This document shows positions 38,060 to 52,400 of a DNA stretch of 64,000 nucleotides, piece after piece. A program made the position numbers and the translations under genes. Position 1 is the stretch's first letter. Every line of letters starts with the position of its first letter. Under the pieces are notes generated by a model. It had not been told where the DNA came from, did not search any database, and was given only the letters and a program-made list of their open reading frames with translations. Origin of the DNA: Squalus acanthias (taxonomy: Eukaryota); the NCBI GenBank assembly GCA_030390025.1, contig CM059433.1:21826001-21890000 (forward strand). Direction: 5' to 3'.

Positions 38060-38340
38060 AGAAGGCCTTCACCCAGTTTTGTTGTGGATAATGCAGCAGA
38101 CGATTATGATCTGGTCCACTGTGTCCAGGCTGTATTGCAGGAAGCCCTCAGACCTGCTCAGGCAGCAGAAGCGGTGCTTCAGCATTCCGGTGGTCTGGTT
38201 GATCTTGTGGGCCAGTGGCTTTGCTTGTATCGCTTTTCAGCTGGCAAGTGTGGGTATTGGAAAGGTGCCATGAGCCGGGTGTGAAGGGGATAGCCCTTGT
38301 TGCCAAGCAGGCAGTCTTTGACGTGCTGTGATGGATCAAA
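38060..38340 (-). pseudogene. Harbinger (HARBI1-like) DDE transposase C-terminal fragment
   Basis: LLGNKGYPLHTRLMAP...AEKRYKQSH / GMLKHRFCCLSRSEGFLQYSLDTVDQIIIVCCIIHN. Confidence 0.8.
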
Positions 38341-38455
38341 GGTGGGTGACAGAGGGCTGGCGCAGTATGAGGGCTCTTGAATTCCTCTGCCAGAATTGGT
38401 ATCAGCTAGTGGGAAGCCTAATCCAATTTCCTTTTCTTCCTCTTTATTTTCTCCA

Positions 38456-38825
38456 TGATGCGGAGATGCCGGTGTTGGACTGGGGTGGACAAAAAGGAGA
38501 AGTCGCACAACACCAGGTTATAGTCCAACAGTTTTATTTGAAATTACGAGCTTTCGGAGCGCTGCTCCTTCGTCAGGTACAGTGAGGGAATACAAATCAG
38601 TTACAAAGCATATATAGACAGAGAACAATGTGTCTGCAGAGATACAATCCGTCAGGGAGGTATTACATCAAAGACACAGCAGAATACAGCTAAGACAATG
38701 AGGTGGGGTCACAGGGGGTCCAACGTGTCAAATGCTGCTGTCTGCAGTTAAGCTTTTTACTTTTTTTTAAAACTGGAAATCACATCTGTGAACAAGACAA
38801 CGACGACTCTAGTCTGGACTCTAGT
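38456..38825 (-). mobile_element. Penelope pLTR/3' UTR fragment with intact hammerhead core (38545-38578)
   Basis: Reverse complement CTGACGA-a-ggagc-agc-gctcc-GAAA-gctc; same family as 10577-11651. Confidence 0.85.
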
Positions 38826-40338
38826 CTCCCTTTGTCTCCTGAAGGCACTGATTCACAGCGGGAGTATAGTTCCACTGGTGCTGATTGCCCTCTAGGAGCT
38901 CACCCAATTTCTAATTTTTCACTGTGTGAGCTGAGAGGGCACATGTTGGCATCCTATTTTATTGTGGGGGCTATCACAATCAAGCCCAATTCTGTTCTCA
39001 CAGCCACACGTTTCAGCAGGGATTTTTAGATGGTAATCAGGAGCAGGGCTGATTTTTAGCTTCCCTAACCCAAGGGCATTGGAGCAATTTTTGGTAGTTC
39101 CAACAACTGCTGTGGCTGAGATCAGCAAACTCAGCACAGACTCGGGAGTGAGCGTGGGACCTCGCTGGTTTGCATTGCTCACATTTACACCAGGCACAGC
39201 ATTTATTAACCGTGACATAAGGGGAGCACAGACCTACCTCCCTTGATACTGATAGAGGGCAAGCACAGCAGACTAACTGCTTCATTTGTTGCATCTGATC
39301 CCGAAACAGCATGGCGCGAGTCTGTACACATTTCCCGTTAAAAAATTGTATGAAACAGTATAATTTCAAACATCCTGTGGAGCAATGAAAATGGGTTTTT
39401 AAAGGCAAATTTGAACAGAACAGTTGCTTTAGGCTATTACTTCCACTTGAATGAAAAAATATATTATGCCACCTTTGAATTAGAAGGTCAAAAGCAAGTG
39501 AGGTTGAACATGTGATGGATTTGATCAAACAAGTCCTGCAATCACAAGCATGGATTCACAATACAAGATAGTTGATTAAATACAAATACTATGCTGGATG
39601 TCTAGTCCCTCATGAGGAGTATTCAGTTATTCATATAAGTGGCAAACACTGCGGTGTAAATGCTACCTGAATATGTCCACTAAAGGTAGCTTACATTTAA
39701 AAACTCAGTCCCATTGTGTATATAGTTGCACTGAACATATATTATGCATCTAAATACAAATGTTAGCAAAGAATTAAACGCTAAAGAACTGAAAGGAATG
39801 CAATTGCACTTGTACGGCTGAGACTACCTCTGCAATGCTGCCACTTCAGGAATTTTTATAATCGTCCATAAAGTCTGACTTTAAACTTAAGGCGAGTCCT
39901 CACCTCTTTCAAAATCCCAGTTTGCCCACAAAGCTTATTCTTGATTCCCTCTGAACATAATTCATTTCTCACTGGGTACACCAGGGAGGTGAAGTGTGCT
40001 TGTTCTCCTCCTTGAAGATTACCAGGGCTCCCTGTGCTCAAGCTCAAACTGCTATCACTTGCTGCCCAAATTCAGCGACTCCCGTGGGGAAATAACACTG
40101 TGGCTGCAGAAGGGAAAGAGCTGTCTGCCAGCAAACGCACCATTTATCACAGTGAGTGGGTGCCTTTTTTTGAAGCACAAAGTCAAACACCGATGAACTG
40201 CCTTTTCCCTTTCTTTTACGTTGAATACCGAAAAGCTCTGCGCATATAAATACTCAGCGTCTTACTGATGAATAAATGCATGGAGGATGTGCACTTTCAT
40301 TTTTATGTGAACTGTAATTTTTCAGATTGAAAGACTAT

Positions 40339-42010
40339 GGCCTTGATTTTAACCCCCCCCCCCCCCCCCGTCCGCCGACAGGCAGGAAAGGATCGGGCGA
40401 GGGATTAAAATGCTGGAAATAGCAATCTCGCCCCCAACCCGAGTATCGGGGTCGGGGGGTCTCCCGCTGCAGAGAGGCGGGAGGCACATGAATATATGTA
40501 AATCAGGATCCTGTGATGCAATTAGGACCTCGATGTGATTTTAACAAGTGCAGCATGGGTTTCACGCAGGTCGGCAAGGTCAGCAAGGGAACCCTGGTGG
40601 GATTGGGTGCTACATGATCAGTGTGCTGAAACTAAAGGAGATCCGATCTGAATAAAGCTGCTGCACTCACAGGTGTTCTTTCAGTTCAGTGTGGGCTGTG
40701 ATTCTCTGAGCACTGTTCGCTTTGGGTTGTGCTTTCGAAACTCTTAGCGAAAAAAAAGAGAATTTGATTATGGGTGCTGCTCAAGCTTCACCCTATTGAA
40801 GTGAAGACGAAGAGGAGGAGGATGAGGAGCACCAGCAGCAAAGGCGGGATGAAGAAGGAGCTGCAGGTGGGCCATAGAGAAGACAGCAACAGAGGGGACA
40901 TGCTCGCAGAAGGCCTTACCCACCTCACAGGTGTACAGACTGAGGCTCAGCTTCCTTGAACTGTCTGAGGAGCAGCATTTCAGGAGGCTCCAATTGTCAA
41001 GCAGAATAGATACAAAAGCGGCCACATCACCACAAAGTGCGGCATAGAGCAGGCCATTGGTGTGCTAAAGTTGAGGTTCAGTTGCCTTGACAGATCTGGA
41101 GGCTCCCTGTAATACTCGCCAGCCAGAGTCTCGAGAATAATAGTGGGATGCTGCGTCCTGTGTAACATCGCTCAGCAGCAAGGACTGGAGGTGCAGGAGG
41201 AAGAAGGCGTGCAGGACTCATCATCTGATGAGGAAGAGGATGGTGAGGAGGAAGATGGAGGACATGACGCACGGTGTGCAGATCATCTTATGCCCCGAGA
41301 TGGAAGGGATGGTCTCATCGCTCGGAGCTTCACATAGATATCTGTCACCTCTGCCACTCTTACGTGACCAGATCCCCTTGCACTAACAGTCCTGCAACCT
41401 TCACTCCATTGCTTTGACATCCTCCACCTTGTCACTGTGAAAACATTGCTCCAACTTCCACTGCTATACCATGAAAACCAGATATAGAAGTTGCCTTTAA
41501 ATCATGGGGCACACGAAAATGGCAGAAGTGTCAAAGGTTTTAATGTGCTCCACCAGTCAAATCATCAAAAGCCAATTATTGAAACACCCAAGTGTTAACC
41601 CTAAGTGATCTAGTTAACCATCCACTTGTGGGGAACAACACATCCCTCCTCGCCCTCACTGCACTCGGCATTAACTCCAGGGAGGCATCGCTGAACCTGG
41701 GGGTCACCTTCCCTCTCCTGGAAGACATCCTTCCAATTGGCAACAATTATTTTGAGTTTCTGCAGTCCTTTCCCTCAGCCTCCCTTACGTAGGTGGACTG
41801 AAGCCTTCAAATACTGGACGGGAAATTGCATCATGTGGGTGGGCGGCACATTCTCAGACATAGCATTCCATCGAGGAACCCTGAAGTTTTATTTAAATGA
41901 CGGCTGGCCGTTAAAATAGGCCAACGTTACACCTGATGTGATGCTGCAGGTTCGTCACCTGCTAACACCCTCACAAACCACCTTCCCATCTCTGGGTTAG
42001 GATCCGGGCC
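40339..42010 (+). mobile_element. Internally deleted Harbinger transposon with transposase remnants
   Basis: TIRs ggccttgatttt / taggatccgggcc; TSD TAT; RVYRLRLSFLELSEEQ and HITTKCGIEQAIGVLKLRFSCLDRSGGSL*YSPARVSRIIVGCCVLCNIA. Confidence 0.88.
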
Positions 42011-42074
42011 TATATTTTAGCTGTGGGCAAGATATGGATAGGCCTATGAGTGTTATCGGAATTTAAATTAAATT

Positions 42075-42488
42075 TGGAATTTAGAAGAATGAGAGGTGAT
42101 CTTATTGAAACATATAAGATACTGAGGGGGCACGACAAGGTAGATGCAGAGAGGATGTTTCCCCTCGTGGGGAAATCCAGAACACGGGGGCACAGTTTAT
42201 AATAAAGGGTCGCCCTTTTAGAACTGAGATGAGGAGGAATTTCTTCTCTCAGAGGGTCGTAAATCTGTGGAATTCTCTGCCCCAGAGAGCTGTGGAGGCT
42301 GGGTCATTAAATACATTTAAGGTGGAGATAGACAGATTTTTGCAAGATAAGGGAGTGAAGGGTTATGGGGAGCGGGCGGGGAAGTGGCTCTGAGCCCAAG
42401 ATCAGCCATGATCTTATTGAATGGCGGAGCAGGCTCGAGGGGCCAAGTGGCCTATTCCTGCTCCTATTTCTTATGTTCTTATGTTCTT
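42075..42488 (+). mobile_element. CR1 LINE 3' fragment
   Basis: gaatttagaagaatgagaggtgatcttattgaaac...ttcttctctcagagggt...(ttcttatg)n tail. Confidence 0.9.
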
Positions 42489-43493
42489 AAAATAACTCTC
42501 CTTGCTAGAAATATGCATACTCTGTGTAATAAGATTAGTCATCCTCTTGTCACAATGACACAAATGGAAATTTATGCTCAATTCTTCATCGAACTATGAG
42601 GGTTTTTTGGAATGCAGTTTCCATCCATTTGTTTCATTTGGTATTATTTAGGTATTTATTAAACCTAAATCTATATTCTAGTTATTTTTGTTTGATCGGA
42701 AGGGCTAGATGATATAGTTTATTGATATACCGTGTAAGAGCGTAAAGAGGTTGAGGTGAAAGAGTCTACAATACAGGGTTAGGTACAGAGTGATATGATC
42801 AAATATTTGATGGAACCTAATGGTTCCTATGCTGCCAGTTGAGAGTAAATGTTTGTCTGAAGGACAATAGAATAGAGTTGAATCATGGAGATATGAAGAA
42901 AGATTAATATTCTAGAGATTTGAATGATCAGGGAGGATTTGTTGAGAACTTTCCCTTAGTAGATTAAATGAGTGGGATATCATGGGATTCCAACATAGGA
43001 TGAATTGTACATAGTTTGTGGAAGCAGCAGGCTTGATGGCCTTTTCTTATTCCATGCTTTCTTATAATCGCAAAATGGTGAGGATCTTTGATATACAATC
43101 CCATAGCTATCTAAGTCCCAGGGTTACAAAGCACTTCCATCTGCCAAACTCTTTAGTGATAGGTTTCTGGTCAAACTAACTGAATCATAGAATCGCATAA
43201 TGTTAAAACACAGAAATAGAGCATGTAGTCCATCAAGAGTGTTCCTCCTGAGGCATCTAATTTAGTGGGAGAGGGTAAGAAGTGTGAAGAATGAGTGTTA
43301 GAGGTAATGTTGCAGGTAAACTCTGACAACTCACCAGGAGCGAAACATATGCATAAAAGTACATGTCCTAATTTACTGTACCCTCCAGGCTAAAACAGTT
43401 TAATGGAGACAAGCATCCATGTGAAGAAATTATGCAGTATAATTGGACGTAAATAAAGGATAAAAGTGTTTTGTTGTTATATTTGTCAAATAA

Positions 43494-44237
43494 TGGCCCA
43501 GATATTCCGATCCCTTCGGGTGTGTACGCGCTGTGTACCCACCCATAGGGACATCGGAAATGCCGGTTTCAGGCATGCACAGCGCATGCGTTGAAAACCG
43601 GCATTTCCGATCTGTCAAGAATGGTCTTGACAGATCCTCCGCCTGCCCTGGAGAAAGGCCTCTGCGGGCGGATAGTTCGCTTTTTGGAGACCCTCTGCCC
43701 GCAGAAAACCCTTACAATTCTTACGCCTGGTAAAAGCAGGTGTGAGGCCTGCTTTTACCAGGATAAGAGTTGAAAAAAAGTAAAATAAAAAAATTTTTTT
43801 TTAACTGATTTATCATTTAAAAATACTTTCAAAAAAGGTAAGTTTATTTTTAGCCCCGTAAAAAACTTCAATTATTTTTTACAAAAAATTAAATTTATTG
43901 TAATTTCAAGTCATTTTAAAAATGTGATTTAAAAAAAAAATGTATTTAAAGTTTTACTGTGTTTTTGGGGTGATCTCCATTCATATATTTGACAGGTCTT
44001 TCTGTCAAATGTATGAAGGGAGATTCCCTTCTGTGATTGGCTCCCCATGGCCCACGTGATCCCAGGGACGCTGCAAACTAGCTGCGCCTCTGGGATACGT
44101 GGGCCCTGCGCACTTCAAGTTTGGAGAGGCCCAGGAGCGGAAGCGTGTGCGTCCCGGGAGCCCTCAGGTAAGAGCGCAGATTTTTCCAGATCGCAGGCCT
44201 CGCCCACGGGAGGTCTGCGATCAGAAAATACGGGCCA
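43494..44237. mobile_element. Non-autonomous TIR element, homolog of 8641-9396
   Basis: TIRs tggcccagatattccgatc / gatcagaaaatacgggcca; flanks taa/tta; same hairpins and AT-rich core. Confidence 0.78.
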
Positions 44238-44717
44238 TTATGATTGTTTTTGCTCCATTTCCAGCTCTCTAATAAATGTTTTCTTTCTAAGCTGTGTGCT
44301 AAATGATGGAAAAGAATGCTTAGTATCCGTTAACCTAAATTAGCTTCTGACTGAACCTTTTTTTTCAACTGAATAGAATATTAATTAAACTGGACACCTG
44401 CATCATGCACCATGTGTTCACATAATCCTCTGGTTAATTTACTGCATAAAATGTCCCAGGGGCAGAATGCAATGATGTCAAACATTTGGAGATAATGTGA
44501 TGAACCAATCTAATCTTGGGCTATTATCATGTCCTTTCATTATGCGGTAGTGGTAGGGAAAATTCTGCTCTTATGTATAATGTGCAGCTCTATCTCTTAA
44601 TTGTTTATGTTACACAGTGAGTATGTGCACTTAAATTGTATAAGGTTATGCAATTTCCCCTGTAACATATTGTACAATAATACCCAGTGCTACTGCAGTT
44701 CAGAGCAGTATAGGTCC

Positions 44718-45495
44718 AACAACAATTTGCAATTATGTAGCGCTTTTAAAGTAGAAAAATGTCCCAAGGCGCTTCACAGGAGTGTTATCAGACAAAATTT
44801 GACACCGAACCACATAAAGAGATATTAGGACAGGTGACCAAACCCTTGGTCAAAGAGGTAGGTTATAAGGAGTGACTTAAAGGAGGAGAGAGAGTTGGAA
44901 AGGCAGAGAGTTTTAAGGAGGCAATTCCAGAACTTAAGGCCTAGGCAGCTGAAGGCACGGCCACCAATGGTGGAGCGATGAATGGTGCGCTTGAGGCCCG
45001 AGTTGGAGGAGCGCCAGAATTGGAGGAGGTCTCGGAGGGTTGTAGGGCTGGAGGAGGTTACAGAGATACGGGAGGGTGAGGCCATGGAGGGATTTGAACA
45101 TAAGGATGAGAACTTTAAAATTGAGGCATTGCCGACTGGGAGCCAATGTGGATCAGCGAGCACAGGGATGATGGATGAACAGGATTGGTGCGTGTTCGGA
45201 TACGGGCAGCAGAGTTTTGGATGAGCTCAAGTTTACGGTGGGTGAAAGGTGGGAAGCCAGCCAGGAGAGCATTGGAATAGTCGAGACTGGAGGTAACAAG
45301 AGCATGGATGAGGGTTTCAGCAGCAGCTGAGCTGAGGCAGGGGCGGAGATGGGCTATATTACGTAGGTGGAAGTAGGCGGCCTTAGTGATGGAGAGGATA
45401 TGGGATTGGAAGCTCAGTTCAGGTCAAATAGGACGCCGAGGTTGCAAACAGCCTGGTTCAGCTTCAGACAGTGGCCAGGGAGGGCGATGGAGTCG
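44718..45495 (-). mobile_element. L2-clade LINE 3' fragment
   Basis: LADPHWLP...RSTIGGRAFS...FWNCL ORF; tail (gtt)n with tataaatgcaag-like end. Confidence 0.85.
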
Positions 45496-47607
45496 GTGGT
45501 TCCAGTATAAAGCACATGATTCAGTCATCAGAATTTGTTATCTATTCAAAACCAAACTACGGTTATAGGAGTTAAAACTACTGTGTGCATTATTTTGAAC
45601 ACATTGGTGAACTTGTTCAAATTAAACTCCTGTGTGCACCGTTTTAAACAAGTTATTCACAAGTTAGGTTCGTTAGAATGGTAGACACAGGAATTTGATG
45701 CAAATATGCCATTGTAAAAGTGCCATACAGAGAAGTATCATTCCATAATGCTATCCAATGAATTGATCACAAATTTCTTGAATTATTAGTAATTTAGTAA
45801 ACCTTTATACATTAGAAAGAGTGAAATTTTATGGTCTGGTACTGAACTTATTGGATCACAAAGTCCTATGTTCAATCCCCAGTCTGCACTGAGTTAGCTG
45901 ACTCAGGTGGGCTCCTGCTTCTTCGCAGTGTACAGTGATGCCTGTTCAGAAGAGCATGTTGTGGATGTTGGGTGAACACAGGATCAGGCTCAACTATAGA
46001 GCCCAGCAAGGTTGAATTGCTTGTTGACACTTGCTGACACCGACCCGTGAAGAATGGCTGCTTAGCTGACGTACTAGAGGGCAGCCAGTGATTGTAGAAT
46101 TGCACCTTGGTGGAGGTCTGCACCTTCAGGAGAGAAGGCGACAAAATGGATCAAGAAAGAATAATAGCTGGTCATGTGTTTCAAGGATGTAACACATCAC
46201 ATGATTCATGTTGGAGCATCATGTGAAGTATTTAACTTGTATGGGTTCATGTGTTACAGATAATGGGGGTGAATGTCCACAGGGGTTCTTTTGCTCGCCT
46301 GTTGTTTACGTTTTGCTGGGGTTTCCGTGGCTCTTCCAAGGTGTTAACCCATTTAAAATAGATTGGTGCAGTAGCAGAGAGAGAAGAATTTCAGACCAAT
46401 GAGTTACACACTTGTACATTCCGTGAATAAAATAAATTTGAAAATTGCAAAGGGAGGAATTTCAGACAAAACAGTAAACACTTGTGCGCTGATATTCAAC
46501 AGTGTCATTTCAGGGCCTGTGTTCATAAGGATTTTCTATGCTGTACATGTTTTCAGTGTCCAAGTTGAGATGTGGTTTGACATATTCGCGAAAGTTTTGG
46601 CTTGGGGGATTTGAAGGATCTTGTTAATTTTGTATGTAAGTAAATGGTGTGATCAGCAGTTGCACTGTAACAGTACATTTCATCTGCATCTTAACTTACA
46701 GAGCTCTTGGCAGGCTGGCTGATGATTTATATTCTGTGCATGTTTTGATAGTACAATGAGGGGAAATAAAGCACTCTATGAATAGGATGCAGTTTGCAAC
46801 CTGTCTATGAATCTAGCTGGAAGTGCTAAATTGTATCACAAGGATAACAGCTTATTGTACGTTTTTAAGTACTTTTAAATGTTTAAGGTTAATTATGAGA
46901 TTTTTTATGGGTAATGTTGTTGAAGTTAATGCAGTGCTACAATAACGGCATTTACTCATTTTTCAGCCAATCCCAAGTCCACTAATATAATAAAATGGTA
47001 GCATTAAATTTATATTATACGCTGATTCCTTGATCAAGTGCTTCCAGCCAGGAACGGCACTTACAGGGAGCGCTGGTTGGAAAATCATGGGCCTGCAGCC
47101 CCTGAGTTTCCATCCATCTAAATTAATAGGCAGAAAACCACAGGCCTCAGGCCCACGATTTTCTGGCCGGGGCTCCCTGTGAATTCTGCTCCTTACTGGG
47201 AGCACCTAATCAGAGAATCAGCCCTTACTGACCAATATTGTGGAATGTTTCCAAGCAGTTTATGTTAGATTTTTTATCATAGTTTTCTACCATTCAAATT
47301 TTGACCACCCGGCAAGAAGTGATTTTTCATTATTATTTTGTATAACACTGGTGGACTTTCCCCCTTGTTTCTGATGGGGAGGGGTAACTCTAACCACTGC
47401 AAAGGTGCACAATACGGATACCTGTGAAAAGAAAATACCATGTAATCTTACAGTACTGCAGTTCTATTGACTTTGGGAAAAGATTGATGAATGCATTTTA
47501 TTATGTGAGATCATCAAGTTGTAATATTGATCGTTGTTAGATTACTATTACTTTTGTTTTTTATCATGGTCTTATTTTGTAGTAAAAAGATGTTTCTATT
47601 GATGCAG

Positions 47608-47817
47608 GTGCAGACATTCAGTTCCTGAATTTTTCGACTGAAGCCAATCATGATTTCTTGGAGATTCGAAATGGGCCGCATTACACTAGCTCTTTAATTG
47701 GTCAGTTCAGTGGAGTAGATCTCCCGCCTGTGTTGCTCAGCACCACTCATGATACCATCATCCACTTCTACAGTGATCACTCGGAGAACAAACAAGGGTT
47801 CAAACTTATCTACCAAG
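47608..47817 (+). CDS. CSMD1: CSMD internal exon (CUB domain C-half)
   Basis: gatgcag| ... G|gtagga; 210 bp, phase 1-1; GADIQFLNFSTEANHDFLEIRNGPHYTSSLIGQFSGVDLPPVLLSTTHDTIIHFYSDHSENKQGFKLIYQ; STEANHDFLEI resembles CSMD1 more than CSMD2/3 from recalled sequence. Confidence 0.94.
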
Positions 47818-48619
47818 GTAGGAATAGCGATAACCACATTTTGCTCAGAATGGTGGAGCTAGCAAGTCTGAGATTTGTGCTCACTTAAATATATTTCAAA
47901 AGGGGCATAAGCAGCGACTATAGAGTTTGAAGACCCTTAGTGCAGTAGAAATGTGAAATAAACACCCAGCAGAAACTCCTGACATTGTGCTGATAGTGGC
48001 TGTGTTCCAAAGAGCTTGAGTAAAATTCCAACACAGTTACCTATTGAGAGAAAGCAGTAGGAAGGATATAGACATCTGTCCAAATTACAAATTGCTGATG
48101 GGATATTTGGAGAGAATGTTTCCCTCCACAGCCCTGTATGGTCTTTCTTTATTAAAAAAAATAGCTGGATAAATATTAAGGACAGGATTGAAAGTTGCGA
48201 TAGAAGTTAGACAGCTAGAGTAAGACATAGGGAGACAGGAAAAGAAATGTTAAATATTGATAATATTAAAAAATAATGGCCCTGAAATTATGAAGTTCCT
48301 CCCTCCATTATTTGAGGGGACTCACTAGCTTTAATTTTAGAACAAAAGTATTTGTGACTAATTTATTTTATTGTGTAATGTGTGGACAATAAGGATAGCA
48401 CATGATTTGATAGTTTTGTGTCTGTCCTTTTTTGGTTTACTAGTGATAGAATAGAAGTTTTATTGTAGAAAATTAAAATATGTACAAAAGTTTTGGCTAA
48501 TTTGCCTTAGCATCAGTTTTGGGTATCTCCCTGTGGAAGCAGCACATGGAGGTCCAGCTCATAATGCAAGAAAGCTGTATGAGTTGGAAAGATACTTGCC
48601 AAATCTCTGTCTTTGACTG

Positions 48620-48860
48620 GAGCAAGCCTTTGGTTTAGTAGTAGCATTCCCACCCGAGGCAGAAGGTGCAGGGTTCGAACCCCGCTCCAGACAGTCCCTG
48701 TGAGGGGAGACTGGAGTTCCGGCTCTGAATTCTGGATTGACATCTAGCGGGAGAATTGCGTCTGGTGAGTGTGGGTGTCCCCGTCCCCCTCATCAGATGG
48801 CTTATGAGAGCCCATAAAACCCTTGCAACACATGGGACTAACCACTCTATCGGCTGGTAT
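48620..48860 (+). mobile_element. tRNA-headed SINE-like fragment
   Basis: A-box-like tggtttagtag and B box ggttcgaacc. Confidence 0.45.
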
Positions 48861-49407
48861 AAAGACGGTTACGTGCATGGAAGGAGTGTTCGCATCTTGT
48901 CAGACTGTTAATCAGCCTGCAAATCCTTTCACTACTTCACACTGTTCTCCAAGGGAAGAGTGTGAACATAAGAAAGCAGCATGTTCGGTATGTACTTCCC
49001 TACAGGAAATTTATCATGCGAGAATTTAATTCAAGAAATAATACAGGTTTAACTTTCAAAAATGAATTGTGGATACTATATTATTAAAGTGAGAGTGGGT
49101 GACATTTTAAGTATATTAATCTTGTCTCAAACATTGAAGGACCTGCAGAAAATATTGGTCTCATTGGCTTGAGTTAAAGGCTTCGAATAATTTGGACCAT
49201 CTGTAACAGAAAGGTAGTGGTGTCAATGATTCATGCCATCAGGAAGCTATTTAAATGATAGCAAGGAATAAGAGCAGATAGTAAAGCTAGACAATTGTAT
49301 TTTGAATTGTCCCATTAAATCTTGTGGACAGAGACTCTGCCAAACTCATCAATCAGAGCCAGGTAGTAAGGATTGTCTAATGGAGTTTTCTATTAAAAAA
49401 ATTACTC

Positions 49408-52400
49408 ATGAACATAGGAAGAGGAGTAGGCCGTTAAGCCCCTCGAGCCTGTTCTGCCATTCAATTAAATCATGGCTGATCTGTATCATAACTCCATTTA
49501 CCCACCTTATAGAATAGAATAAAGTAGTACAGCATAGAAGGAGGCCATTCAGCCCATCTAGTCTGCGCCGGCTCTTTCAAAGAGCAATCCAGTTAGTCCC
49601 ACTCCCCAGCTCTTTCCCAATATCTCTGCAATTTTTCCTCTTTCAAGTATTTATCCAATTCCCTTTTGAAGGCTACTATTCAATCCGTATCCACCACCTT
49701 TATCAGGCAGTGCATTTCAAATCCTAACCACTCGTTGCATAAAAAGTTTTTCCTCATGTTGCTTCTGTTTTTTTTGCCATTCACCTTAAATCTGTGCCCT
49801 CTGGTTATCGATCCTTCAGCCATTGGAAACAGTTTCTCTTTATTTACTCTATCTAAACCCTTCATGATTTTAAACACCTCTATCAAATCTCCTCTTAGCC
49901 TTCTCTGCTCTAAGGAGAACAACCCCAGCTTCTCCAGTCTATGCCTGTAACTGTAATCCCTCATTCCTGGAACCATTCTAGTAAATCTTTTTTGTACGCT
50001 CTCTAAAGCCTTCATGTCCTTCCTAAAGTGCGCTGCTCAGAATTGGACACAATGGGGGGTGATTTTGCCAATGGGGAGCTTTTGGAGGCGGGACTCCCAC
50101 TTGTCGGGTTTCAGTCCCGCCTCCATCAACTCCTGGCCAACCCACGCTATTTTTCCTTGATTGACCTTGTTAAGCCCGCCCAGCTCTTTGAAGCTGTCAA
50201 ACACTGACATTCTCTGTAGTTTGATGAGGTCTTGAATTCAAGATCTCATCAAACATCTTTCTTTTGCAGAAATGAGATGGTTGCTGCATTGGAGAATGCA
50301 ATGGCCATCTGTCATCTCTGCCGCGGAGGTGCGAGACTCTCCGCATATCCACCGACTGAAGCCTGCAGGAAGAAACAAAGGTAAGTACACTTTTTCTAAC
50401 ACTTTGCACTTACCTCAGATACTCACCTCTCCACACTTGCACCCATCACTCACCTCCACAGCACACTTCTGGACCCCTCCGACCCCCGCAGACCCACTAC
50501 TCGCCTCGGTGACCCTGGCGGGGTTCGGAGCCTTCGGGAAGCCCGCACTTGTGTGGGCAAAATGGGGATAATCCTCTTATCTGCCTGTTAACAGGCAGTT
50601 AATTGGCTTTAATCCCTTCCCGCCTCCAAGGAGACGGGACCCGGCGCAGGACGACTACCTGCCTCCTGGCAAGATGGTATGGAGGCGGGTTGGGCACCCG
50701 CCTCCAAATTCTGCCATTTTCCCGGCAGTCCCGCCGCCCCAGGGCTGGCAAAATCGCCCCCAATATTCCAGCTGGGGCCGAACAAGTGATTTATAGAGGT
50801 TTAGCATAACTTCCTGGCTTTTGTACTCTATGCCTCTATTTATAAAACCCAGAATCCCATATGCTTATTAATAGCTTTGTTAACCTGTCCTGCCACCTTC
50901 AAGGATTTGTGCACAAACACCCCCAGGTCATCTCGCTTCTTGCACCCCCTTTAAAATTGTAGAATTTACCATGTATTGTCTCTCCTCATTCTTCCCACCA
51001 AAATGTATCACCTCACACTTTTCTGTGTTGAATTTCATCTGTCATGTCCGTCAGTTCCACCAGCCTGTCTATGTCCTCTTGAAGTCTATCACTATCCTTC
51101 TCACTGTTTCTTACACTTAAAAGTTTCGAGTTATCTGCAAATTTTGAAATTTTGCCCTGTACACCCAAGTCCAATTCATTATGTATATCAAAAACAGCAG
51201 TGGTCCTAGTACTGAATCTTGGGGAACTCCATTGCATAGGTCCCTTCAGGCTGAAAAACATTCATCACAACTCTCTGTTTTCTATCACTTAGCCAATTTT
51301 GTATCCATGCTGCTACTGCCCTTATAACCCATAGGCTTTCATTTTCCTGACAAGCCTAATATGTGATACTTTATCAAATGCCTTTTGAAAGTCCAAGTAC
51401 ACAACACCTTGGTTCCATATCTTTTAATACCCTTGTCAAACAAAAATCTATCAATCGTAGTTTTAACATTTTCAATTGACCTAACCTCAACAACTTTTTG
51501 GAGGAGAGCGTTCCCGATTTCCACTAACCTTTGTGTGAAGAAGTGCTTCCTGACATCACCGCTGAATCCCCTAACTCTAATCTTAAGGTTATGCTCCCTT
51601 GTTCTGGACTCCCCCGCCAGAGAAAATAATTTTTCTCTATCTACCCGATCAAATCCTTTAATCATCTTAATCTTCTATACTCGAGGGAATACAAGCCTAG
51701 GCTATGCAACCTTTCCTCATAACTTAACCTTTTTAGCCCCAGTATTATTCTGGTGAATCTGCGCTGCATCCCTCTAAGGTCAGTATATCCTTCCTGAGGT
51801 TTGATGCCCAAAACTGAACGCAGTACTCCAGATACAGCCTAACCAGAGCTTTATACAACTGCAGCATACCAGCCACCACTTTTTATTCCAGCCCCGTTGA
51901 GATGAAGGCTAACATTCCATTAGCCCTTTTTAAATTATTTTTGTACCTATCCACTAGTTTTTAGTGATTTCTGGACATGGACCACTAGATCTTTCTGCTC
52001 CTCCACAGTTCCTAGCTTCTCACCATTTAAAAAATACTCTGATCTATCTATCTTAGGTCCAAAGTGGATGACCTCACACTTCCCCACACTGAACTCCTTC
52101 TGGCACTGTTTTGCCCACTCATTAATCTATCAATGTCCCTTTGCAACTTTCTGCTCCCAGCTACACTACTTACTATGCCACCTAACTTAGTGTCGTCAGC
52201 AAACTTGGATCTACGGCTCTCTATTCCTTCATCATTTAAATGGTGAAAAGCTGATGCCCCTGTACAGATCCCACTAGTTACATCATGCCAATTGAAGTAC
52301 ATACCCATTATCCCTACTCTCTGTCTCCTACCTCCTAACCAATGTCAAAAAACTGCCTCTAATTCCATGTGCTTCTATTTTTCCTAACAGTCTCTTGTGT
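49408..52400 (-). mobile_element. Nested CR1 LINEs: LINE B (about 49509-51404) inserted in the 3' tail of LINE A
   Basis: Two CR1 tails back to back; cacctt repeated at 49503-49508 and 51405-51410; RT motifs SKFADDTKL and KFADNSKL. Confidence 0.85.
50054..50761. mobile_element. Non-autonomous Harbinger-like element inside LINE B
   Basis: TIRs ggggggtgattttgcca / tggcaaaatcgccccc; TSD AAT; flanks rejoin as LINE aattggacacaat|attccagctgggg. Confidence 0.85.

Noticed and set aside
39037..39528. 163 aa minus-strand ORF (also the 144 aa ORF at 23929-24363)
   Set aside because: No recognisable domain or splice support; likely chance ORFs or unidentified old repeats.
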